Below, one piece after another: positions 12,001 through 24,000 of a stretch of 64,000 nucleotides of DNA. Position 1 is the first letter of the stretch; each line of letters begins with the position of its first letter. Both the position numbers and the translations under genes were made by a program. The notes beneath the pieces were generated by a model. The model was not told the DNA's origin. It searched no databases and was given only the letters and a program-made list of their open reading frames with translations. The DNA comes from Stylophora pistillata (lineage: Eukaryota): positions 277,594-341,593 of the forward strand of contig NW_019217818.1 of NCBI RefSeq assembly GCF_002571385.2, in the 5' to 3' direction.

Positions 12001-15000
12001 ACTATAGATTTCTAGAACCAAAACATACAAAAAGAGTCAAACACTTAACCCAGAGGTGGTCAGAAAATAACGTCTATTGTTAGCTTATCAGTCATTCTAC
12101 ATGAACAGAAACTCGCATCGATTTGAAGCAGCAAGGAACTCTTGTATAAAATTTCACTTTTCATTGACGCAAAAAATTGCCGGGCTTATGGCTGACACTT
12201 AAGCCCTGACCACTGACACTGTATTGCCTTCTTCAAAATTCAGAGTAACTCTCTTTCAACGGCTGTAGCTGGGTACAGTTGACAGGTTAGGTATTACAAA
12301 CAACGTCGCGTTATTCCGTGCAAGGGGAGAAGGAATACCTTTTAGAGAGTTTTCCACACTGTTCAAGTGGCGTGGCAGAGATACTAAGTTCACGAGAGAT
12401 TTCGAACACCAATTCTTTGATGAATCAATACTACCCTCAGCGTTTTATCTATTCCTTTAAAATGGTATCCGTCAAATCCCAAATTGTTGATCAACAAGCT
12501 GTGATCTTTCTCAGTTTAAAATGACAATACTATGGCCTCTTAAGCATCTTTTGCCTGTCGGGTCAAATGCTAGTTCGGTAACCGCGGTTTTCTACCAAAG
12601 GATTATTACGCAAGCCGCATGCAAAGATTTAACTTTTTGGTAAGCATCGAAGAATCTATAGGAGAGTTTCAGAGCCACTTTAGATCATCGCGCAATTAAG
12701 GTAGCTCTGAATCTACGGTGCAGATTTTTCAAACTTTGCTAGGAAGGAATCTGTCTGAAACTAACAAAATATTCCACCTGAAGATCCACTATCTTATTTC
12801 TTACCTTAACTTCTACGAGGTCTTGCTTAGCTCTATTATGATCCAAGACCATGACATACTTAACAACCACAATCTGCTCGACCTCTATGCGGGTCTTCTC
12901 CAAGACATGTAGCACCAGCTGATATCGATGGACATCTTCTTGCACGTTCTCTAAAGTCTGGAGGCGTTTGCTAACAGTGGCGCCCAATTCATTCCATCGC
13001 TTATCGACGAACGCGATCTCCTCTTCCAAAACAGACAAATCAGCTGTCACCTCCTTGTCACTACAGATGTCTGTGTGGCAAGTGGACGTTTCTGTGAATG
13101 TCTGATGTTCTGGCTTGTGTAGCAGAATTTCATGTTGTAAAGTCTGTCGAAAATGAAACATATGTACAAATCAAATGGAAGTTCTGAATGACTTGTGCAT
13201 GAAACTCAAATCAAGGACCATACCAGCCCAACATTTAGTCTGATAAGTGTGTTTAATCTCCAGTCTGCTGAATAAAGTTAATTTCTTCTGGTATACATAA
13301 AAATAAGAAACACTTAAAGTGCCTATGACATGAATTTTTTTTTCTCTGTTTTTCTTAGCTCGATGTATATAAAAAAAAAACGAATTTAACCTTTAATCCG
13401 AGTGGAAATGTCTTCAAACCCCTTCTTTTTAGTTCAAAACATACGCTATCTGCGAACGAAATTGTCCCCTCTTCCGCGCGGCCAAAATGTCACGTGATTT
13501 TCTTTCGTGACGCCAAGTTGTGTACAGCCATCGAAACCAACATGGATGACAGTGCGGCAAAAAGAGTGATTCTATAATCTATAGAATCAGCAGAGTGACA
13601 ATCGCTCAAATGAATAACTGACTCGCCTCTCACCTCCACACGTTCCGCAACTTGGTGTTTTGTGTACACAAAATTACGTCACGAAGGCCGTGAACTAGGT
13701 CCCAGACCCCGAGACGATTTTTACTACAGTATAGTACTTTTAGAGCGCAAAAATTCAGGTTTGAAAACGTCTCCGCCGGATTGAAGGTTAGAATCGTTTT
13801 TTATATGCATCAAGCCAAGAAGAACCGAGAAAAAAAATTCATGTCACAGGCACTTTAACAGATGAGGTGTAGTAACGCATAAAACATTCTCGTTCAAACT
13901 TACTTCAACAGTAGATTGAAAGTTCAACGATTATGTCGCCTGTATCATTACTTGACCTCAAATATTTTGATAGAAATAAGATAAGTGAAAACCCTATTAA
14001 GCCGAAAACACTCGGCGATGTTAACGTGCGAAATCATGGATATCACAGCAAATAATCCCCCATTGAATAAAAAAACAACAGCTGTGTATTGAACAATCAG
14101 ATTCCAAGATCTGGCACACAAATCTCCTTTCTAGCTGCTATACATTTCCTAGAAATGTGCTTCAGAAAATCGGGCAATGCTTCGAAAAACAAAACCCCTT
14201 TGATAAGTTAGTCTAAAATCATTACATCTTTAAGTACGTTGCAGATAAATAAAATTTTAAGAAGAACAAACATGTCGATCACAGCGTTAAGTAGCTTGAA
14301 GTATTCAGTTAAAAAAAAAAAAACAAACAGACTAGCCTCTAACAGCTCAATTTGTTGCGTAGTGCTCTCTTCATCTTCCGGGATCTTTTCGCAACTTTTC
14401 AAACGCTCCTCCGATTCTGCAAGCCAGTTTGTGAAGGGCTCAGAGACGTTCACATATTTGCTCGCAGAAGGTTCCACGTTCTCCAGCTTCATATTTCGTT
14501 GGCTGATATTATCAGAGAGTTGATTCCAGCGAGTATCAAGATCTTGGAGCTTCTGTTCCAAATTGTCTTTCTCACGTCCAGGTCTCACACTGTCCAGCAT
14601 TGCTCTTCCTTTTTCCATGACGTGTTCGTGAACTGGCTTGTGCTGTTCGACATCTTTTTCGAGCACCTTAAGAGATAAAAGGAAAGGAATCCATGCTTCT
14701 ATAAGACCTGTTACACAACAGAGCACGTTAATCTCCCGTGAAACATGGGGGCTACTGTTACTTTTATTAAGCTTTATCATTTTGTCTCTTATCTTTGAAA
14801 TGAAAAATAACATTCTTTTTTGCTTACAAACAAGCGTAAAGACCCCGTGGAGTAACTAAGACAACTACAAAAACCAATGGACAAAGCATGACAGAGGAAT
14901 GAGCTCAAATTACATACCTGCAGCTTGTCTTGTTGGTCGACGATGACTTTGTGTCTGGCTGACACTGGTCCTTGAAGGTTCAAAAGGTTCTCAGCGGCCG

Positions 15001-18000
15001 AGAGCCAGCCGCCGAACCCATCCAAGGAATCTTTAAGTTCTTGACTTTGCAGCAGCGCCGTCTGAAACTCAGTCTGTCGTGCGTTAAGGAGCGAAATAAG
15101 GTCGTTCATCGGTGGCTCCACTTTCTGTAACTGATCGTCCAGATCTTTGTTGATGGAAGGGTCTTCACCACTAAGCTCTTTGATTTTGTCCGCTAAGCCC
15201 TTAGCATTGTCTAGCGAAGTTACATTCGCTTGCACCTCATCTCTCACATTCTGTAAATACCACAAAATAAAGAAATGTTTTCCGCTCCTGTTCGTTACTT
15301 ACACGTGCTTTCCTTAAATTTGTTTTCCTGGCCGCGGACACAGATCATTGCGGTTCTGTTCTTTCCCTCTAAAGATTTAAAAGCTTTCCTTAATCATACA
15401 TTTCTTGGTTGGCCAATCTTGCGAGATTATTTTTATATCAAGGCAATCTACGTTTGCAAAACATTTTCATGTACCTTATACCTTCTATCTTGTACCTTGT
15501 ACCACGTAACTTGTTTGAACAAAAATGCGAGAATTGCCTTTCTAATCGCTGCAGGAAGTTCTATGGCTTTTTAAGTTGCAAAACAACAACGCAATTCCCT
15601 TAAGGAAGCGATGAAGAAAGTTAAAAACGATAAAATACCAAAAAAAAGACAAAAGATAAACCTGTAGCTTATCCAACTCTTTTCTTATCGTCTCAGGGTC
15701 ACCACCAATAAGATCTAATGACTTCGCCCGTTCCGTTCCCTCTGGGAGCCATTTCTCCACCTTCTCAATCTGTTCTAAAAATTCTCCATACAACTGCAGG
15801 CTCTTCTCAACTCTAGAGCGTCGAAGCCGGAGACTGGACCTGAGATCACGTTGCTTGTGAGTGACTTTGGCTACTTCCGTCTGTACCTCAGTACCAGGCT
15901 CCGACTGAATGTCCATGACTCGCAAGAGTTGCTGGCTTGACTTCCTCATCAGGCGCACTTGTTTATTGCTCTCTTCCATTTCTTTGATCATCGTCTATGC
16001 ATTCGAGGTAAAGAGGAAAAAAGTTCGATTACAATACGAAGTGGAAAGATTGCAAAAATTATCGGTGAAATTACGAGACGTTTTCGACACCTTTGGTCGT
16101 AATCAGAGTGGAGTACTTTCACAAAAGAAACTTAAAATAAAGACAGCAAGGACTCTGACATTTAATTCTACACCTCTCCTACGCTAACCGAAGCTTTACT
16201 CTAGCAGGGACATGGACCCCACCGTAGTAAAGGTGACCCCACCGCAGTAAAGGTGACCCCCCCTCCCAGGAATTCGTCAGGTTTCCCCCACATTTTTTCT
16301 AGAACCCACTCTACTACTCTTTGGCGAGGAGAGGCACTGTGAGGGCCTGGGCAAGTGTCTCGCCCAATAGGTGTTGAACCTGGACTTTTGAACCCGGAGC
16401 CCAGCGCGACTTTGAATAAGTCAACGTGTATACCTTGAAGAAACTTAAATACCTACAACGTTTCTTTTGGAGTGTCAGTCATATCTCACTTACATCCACT
16501 TTGCCGAGTTCATCTTCGCCTTTGTTTAAGTCGACCGGGGCCTGAGCCTCCACGGAGGACTCCACCTGAAAGAAGACCTCCTGAACAGGCTCCAGCTGTG
16601 CCTTGTAAACCTCTAGATGTTCCTGGGCACTCTTCAAGTCCTGTTCACGTGATTGAAGTCTCTCAAGTAGGTCTAACATGGGTGTTTGGACTTCAGCTAG
16701 TGACTTGTTGATGTCATGAGAGGCCTTTAGGTCGTCTTTCTTTTCAGAGCAGATGGTAGTTGCAGCTACCTCAGCTGATGATAAAACACCAACCTGGGCG
16801 TTGGCCTCGGCTTGAAGCCCCTTGTAAAACGACAACAATAACTGATGAGCCACTGCCAGAAGCTTTGAGGAGAACTACGCTTTTGATATTACCAAAACTT
16901 ACTTAAAGGTATCACACAAAAGATCAACTGGAGAGTAAAGCAGCTCGGCATATCGTATCGCAAAACCCGTCATTTCATTGCTTTTGCTTAACTTCGGTCT
17001 TGACTGATAAGTAAGACCTTATTGTCACTCGTATTTTTTAGCGCTTCACGGAGTTCACTTGTTTTAACTTTGAGTTACGGAAGGTTATTTTGAAGCTTAT
17101 TGTCTTTTGGATTTTCCTATAGCCAACCCACTATACTTGCTTTGGATATCAATTTTAAGATAATGAATGGAAATTTCCTCTAAGCGAACTTACTTGTACT
17201 TCTTTCAGCTGGTTTTCAATAACCTCTGCATCGTTATGAATAGGTTCCAATCTATCAAGTTTCTCGAATGCGTCATCCAAGTAAACTCGTAACTCCCTAG
17301 TGGCTGTCACAAACGTAGTCAGGTCCTTCAAAATTCTCTCGAGTTTCACCATCCTTTCATCAGCATCTCTTCGAAGAGTGATGTACCGCTGAGTGAGCGC
17401 AGACACTCGTTGTTTGACAGGCGTCAGATCCAAGTGAGCTTTGTCTTCCCCTTTAAGTTGTTCACCCAATGATTCAAGCTGGGATCCCAAATTTGAGATT
17501 TCGCCTTGGATAGCCTGAGAAAAGCAATGCATAAGGGACAATCACGGAAAATTGGCTAATAGTTTCTCTAGTCTGTAAGGCTAACAAGCGACCAACGAAG
17601 GGGGGAAGGGGTGGGGGGGCAGTGAAGGTCAGAACGGATGGTTTAATTCACGAACGACTTCAAGCTGCTATCCACGTTCTCCTCTTGTGCTGCCCATGAG
17701 AAACCCCTTGGTTTTCATGGGTTTATCAAGTGCTGTGTTACCTGCATAAGAAGCCCGCGCATTTTTACTCGCGTATACCATTTCCCAAACTAATAAACAG
17801 AATTCTGTACCTTAACAGTTTCAAGCTTTTTCTTGCCAACGTCAACGTTGATTCCTTCGTAGTCACACTCCGCCATTTTTCTTTCCACTCTATTAAGTTC
17901 GTTTTCAACTGGCAGCAACAAGCCTCTGTAATTTTTCACCAACTGTGAAGCTTCCGCTACTTGACGCCGTCTCTCCAAGTAAAACTGGTTTACCAGGGTC

Positions 18001-21000
18001 CACCTGTCAATCATGCCTTTGACGTCATCCTTTATTTGCGTCACTCCTTCGGTAACAGACAGATCTTCGCAGCTTTCAAGCAGGTCATCTGAACTGTCCA
18101 CAAGAAAGCGGTAGATCGGGCGATGTCCTTCTATGTCCTCCTGTAGGAACTGCTGTAAGTACTGTTCGAATGAAAGGGAAGTTTCAATGCTATGTATTAA
18201 CCCTTTAGCTGCCACTAACTGAAAACAGGTAGTCGTGTAGTTTTTTAAATCAAGATAATTTGCTTTTAACAACTGAGTTGATAATGTAAAATGACCACCG
18301 TAAAGAGTTTCTAAAGCTGACCTTTCGTGCGTTAGCCCTTCGCCATTCGCTCTGAGGAAGGGCTAATAACTCTCAGTTTATAAAACCAAATTATCTTATG
18401 ATACTTACCACCGACGCTGCACCACACTTTCTTTACAAAATGACCCCCTTTCCTTCATTAGCCCTTTGATTGTCTGAGTCAATGTTGAGTCTGAATCAAT
18501 GTTGACTTGTTTTTTTGGTCTTACTCGAAATCAATTACGTGAGGTCAGATTACGAGTTGTTCTCAGTACACTGCATCAAACCAATACCCTACCATGAAAT
18601 TTAAATCAAGGCGAAGTGCTACTCGGTTCTGATGCTTAAAGCTACTTTTCGGGCAATAATTCAACAGCTGGCTGAAGTACCTAGAATACATGGGGAAACA
18701 TTTGGGGTAGTAAGCACTTCACAGTGAAAAGTTTACGTTTACAGTATTTTCACCTATTCCTCTTGAGGTATTTCCGACTTACCTTAATCAGTGTTTGCTC
18801 TCTTATCAGGGCATGTTTTTCACAAACAATCATCGCGTTACAATCTGCAACCATCTGCTCGGTCTCTGTAAGCCATGGAAGTAAATCACTGATTGACTCA
18901 GAGTATTTCTGAGACAGTGGTACAATTTCCTCGAGTTTCTCCTGCCTTTCTGCTGTGCTATAATACACTTCCCTCCAGCGGCTTTCGACGTCATCCAGGT
19001 CCTTTTGAAGAGCTTCACGGTTGGGGCCTGGGGCGGTCTTTTCTAGGACCTCACGACCGAGTTTGAGAAGTTCGTTGAACACAACCTCTCTCAAGGTGAT
19101 TTCAAGATATAGACCCTTGAAACAACAAAAACATAGAAGATTAAGAGGATGTTCTGAATGCAAGATGAAATGTGTGATAAATGAAAATGAAATGTATCAA
19201 TACGTGCATCTTGAAATCTTATCAACCTAGACAAAGATCGGTGAGTGCTAATGACGTTCCCAGGGCTCGACACTAACGGTAGCCCACTACCCACAGACCA
19301 GTAGAAATTCAGTTTTGGCCAGTGGTTTTCGATTACAACTAGCCCGGCAGTTTGCCTAGTAAACAAACTGAAATTGGCGTAACATCTAAGATGCCACTAG
19401 CCACTTGGCTATTAAGTTGGAAAGTTAGTGACGAGCCCTGGTTCCTCATTTCAAATGTTTAATTTTGATTACCTCGTGATCTTCTTTCTGTTGTTGAACC
19501 ACCTCGTAAATGGCACTGATGGGTTGTAGCTGAGCCATGCTTCTTTCAAATTCATTCAGCTGGTTTTGAGCTTCGTTCAGCGACAGTTGAAAGTCTTGAC
19601 TATTTATAACAATGTTTTGTAGACGGGCTTGTCGTTGTAGCACAACAGAGTGTAGCCGTTCAAAAGGCTCTTCCACTGAGCTGAACTTCTCCCTGAGTTC
19701 GGCAACAAGAGTAGGATCACCTTTTTCTGCTTCCATCAGATAATCAGTAATTTCTTCGAGCAAGTCAAGCTTTGCGCGGTACTTCTGGAATTCGTCGTTA
19801 AGGGCCTGCAGGCAGAAAACAAAGATTGTGATGGGTGTAATTCCGACTGCAATAACACTCCCGTAAAACTCCTTAAAGGAAGGATCACTGATGACACTTT
19901 CCAGGTCGCAAGAGCGTTACCTTGGTGTTGGCCAGTTGTGCTTTGGCCTTATCGCTGTCTTCGCTGATAGGTGACAGTCCACTGATCGTTTCAGACATTC
20001 CTTCTAGCCACTCCTCGATTTCGCGATGCACCTCCATGAACAGAATCAGCTTCTCAACGTGCTTCGTCAATCGAACCTGTACACAGAAAATAAACAGTAC
20101 GCTTTTTTTTGTTTTCTGTTAGAGGATTGGACCCTATAATGATGGGATGTTGTTGGTTCTTCAGAGTACACGTTATGTCCATTTATGATTTGTCTTTCTT
20201 GTTATCACGCCAAAATATATTTGTAGCAATAAAAACAATTTGTAAAAACAGTTTAGTTGGATATAGGTTTCTTGATCCAGAACACTAGAAGAGAAGTTAA
20301 AACCCAAAAATCGACAAATATGATTTCGAATGACGATGATTACGACGAATTAATGTTTTAAGAAAGTTTGGCGCAAGACTGTACTTATTGTAATTCATGA
20401 ATCCACTTCTTATAAAAAGTTCATTAACAGTTGCAACAACCTTAAGCGTCTACAATTGACAAATATAATAACCTATAAACTACAACATACAAAGGTGAGA
20501 AAGCAACACAGAAACGTGTTTTAAAGCGGAACCTTTTGACGTTTCAGCTTATTGACATTCATCTCGTATTTCTGAGATACAGTGGCCAGTTCTTCAGCTA
20601 AATCCACAGCTTGCTCAACTCGCGGAGGACCTGACATTTCGACTACCTCCAGATCAGCTTTCTGTTCCTCAAGAGTGCTTAGAAGTTCCTGGGAGTGGAA
20701 AATCAGTTACATGTCAGGAAAAGAGCTGTTTTTCAGTTGACGCCGAATACAATCCGGGTTGGAATGATTTTGCTTCACCCCACTCCGTGATTGGTGAAGA
20801 AAATTTTACTACCTTTTAAATCAATCAGAAATAGTTAATAGTAGTTCTTTCCTAAGAATTGGTCCAAAAATCTGGAATTCTCTACCCTCAGATATGAGAA
20901 AATTGCCAATTCCACCTTCCGGAAAAAGTTAAGGAATAAACTCTCTGAAGTTTTATTGAAATTTGATGACCACCTTGATATCACCGAAATTATGCGCCAA

Positions 21001-24000
21001 TTGACTAAAATTTAGATAGCTCTGAAACACGACTTGACTTTTATTTTCTGTGTAATTCACGTTGCCATTTTTGTATCTTAATAATATTTTTAACTGATAC
21101 CATAATTTCCTTTTGCGACAGCTGGTACTGTTTGTAAAATATGTTTCGTCTTTTCCTCTCTATAAACTTGTCTCTTTCCCTGCCTCGATTAGGCTCTTCT
21201 ATATGCGGCTGGAAGCTAACATGAAATTATAATTTGTGAATTACTAAATAAAGTTTGTTGTTGTTGTTGTTTGTTGTTGTTGTTAATGTTTGCTGTTGTG
21301 TTGTTGTTTGTTGTTGTTTGTTGTTGTTTGATGTTGTTTGATGTTGTTGTTTGATGTTGTTTGTTGTTGTTGTTGTTGTTTGTTAACCTTGTTACCTCTA
21401 AGAGCGACAAGCATCTTATTTCCCCTGACAATATCACCCCTAAATCACACATTAAGCTTACAAGAACAAAGGAAATGATCACCAACTAAACAAGCTTTTG
21501 ACTGTTAAACAAATTCTCCTTGTCAGCACCTTAGGAAATGTGTAGAAAACAGTAGGGAGAATATGCATACTGATATAAGGGTGTAAACGGTTAAACAAAT
21601 TGTCAGTTGGTCGCATGCGTTTTCCACGCTTCAGACAGTTTAACTGTGTCCACTTCTTGTTCTGATTGCGTCCTTATAGCATTTACTTTGTTCTCATTGG
21701 CTTTCAGTTTGTGTTAACCTTGGTTTTTATCTTCCAACAATAGCTAAATGTCTTTCCAAACCAATGTTGACGATTAAATTAAGTGGACTTGTTGTATGCC
21801 ACAAGATTTTACGAACCTCAACTTTCACTAATTCTTCCTTGCCCTTTTCCACGTCCAACCCGATAGCGGGCTCAGACTCAAGATAGCTGTCAACTGCGAC
21901 AAAAGTCAACTCAACAGGCTCCAAAGCTTTCTGGTATGGCTCAATAGTCTGTTCAGCCACTCGGGTTTGCTTTTCCAAATCAAAGTTTGCCCTGCAGAGC
22001 TTCTCGTAGCGCGTATTAGCAATTTGCAGTTCATCTGTGATGTGTGACGTGTCTACACTGAGAGAGTTGTTCTCACAAAAATCAGTAAGGGCCTTTGAAG
22101 CCATGTTTAATAGTTGATGAACTCCCCTGTGGCTCTCCACTCCTTCTAAGAAGGCCTGAAATGAATTTGGGAAGCATTAGAATCCAAATGAAGTGAACAA
22201 AGAAAAGAAATTGCGGTCGTTCTTCAAAACGATATTTTCCAAATAATTTCAAGTTTCAAAGTCGACTTTAGTCACTTTTTCTCCACATAAATTTCCCGCG
22301 GTTTGAATTGAGAAAAAAAATGTGGGGAATAGAGCCCTTTTCTGCATCAAAGCTCACAACTGCTCCAGAAAGACCGACCGACCTACTAACGAACTGAGTC
22401 ATTTAGTGAAAGACTAACCCACTGACCCACCGCACGACCAAATTACTTACTGACTCACTGAACAATGACCGACGTTGACTAACCCTAACTGAAAAACTAG
22501 AGTAACTCGCTCTCTACCGAAGGAATCGTACTCCATCACGTCACCGCACGAATATCGTCAAATGTAGGTTACCTGTGCTTCAGCTTTATGACGAACAGCA
22601 CTTTCTTCGTCACGAGGTACTTTCTTCAGTGACTCCACTTTTTCTTCTGTCCCTTCTAAATAAAGAGTGAACGCCTGCAAAACCTCGTTGTATTGCTCTG
22701 CTAGAGGCTGGAGTGAGTCTAAAGTTTGCTTTCTTTGGGTGGATTTTTCCGTCACAGCTGCGAAGCGACGGTCGATGTCTGCAAGCTTGTACTTGAGTAC
22801 GTCACGTTCTGGCCCGTTCGGCATGGATGCCATTGATTGGCTAGCGTTACTATCAACCTGCTGGATCACTGGCTGTTCGCTAGCAATCTCTTTACATAAC
22901 ACCTGCATTGGTAAAAAGCATTAATCGGATTAAAATCCAAGCCTTTCTTGCAAGCATTTCTTTTCCAACGGTTTGTGCCACACATTCCAGTGAGTGGTTT
23001 GAGTACTTTTGTGTTCTCAAATCGCTCTTTTCCAACCAAGAGTGTAAATGAAGGAGTTAAGTTATTAAATAAACTGTGGTGTTACATCAGTAGGGGCATT
23101 ACAAGATAATGTGGTTTTATCGAGTTGTTACTAAATTGGCACACCGTAAAGAGTTTCAAAGCTGACGCTTCAAGCTTTAGCCCATTCGCCCAATGTACAT
23201 TGTCAACTCAGTTAATAAAACCAAATCACCACGAGCATAAATAGTATTGGCACCTTGTCAAAGAAGCCTTAGGAAAGTTGCCGGAAGTAAAACGGAACCT
23301 TATTCTGTGGGAGCGTCGCAATACTCACCTTATACTATGAACTGATTTTAGACATGAACAAAGGTATTAACAAAGTAATCAATAATACCGCACCTCTTGA
23401 TCTTGTTTCTGTCTGTTGACTTTCTCAGGTTTCACCGAGATGGGTTCCTGTCGATTAAGTGTCTTTTCCGTTTCCACCAACCAACGAATGACGTCAGCAA
23501 GCGACGCGTCCAGCTCTTGGGACTGAACAAGCCTCACTTGAAGCTGGCCAACTCTCTCCACCACCGCGGCGGAAAGTATTTCGTAAGCCTTCTGCAGTGG
23601 GTCCAGCTTGGTGGCGACCACATCGTCTATGGTCTGCTCCTCGGGGCATACCTCAACTAGTCGGTGCCCGCAGTCTTCGGCGGATAGTAAAAGCGGTTTG
23701 TTTTCCTCTAAAGTGTCATGTAAATCCTGTTGGAAGGAAAGAAAAGTTTAAAACAGATGGTCAATTTTTCGTTTATCTATGCGAACGGTTTCAAACGAGT
23801 AAAAAGTTAAAATGGCGTTTGACCTGCCTGGCTATCGGGAGAGACTGGCAAGGGCACAGCTCTTAAAACTCACAACTCCATATAAACGCTCCGTAAAGTT
23901 GTCACGAAGGGGAAGGCTGCCTTGGGAGCCAGAGACCATAAAAATAAGGCCCGAGATCTAAATTCTTTAGAGAAGTTATGACCGAGCAGAGAAATTTCCG

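Noticed and set aside
21216-21485. Asn/Gln/Thr-rich ORF
   Set aside because: Translation of the TTG microsatellite plus a MITE.
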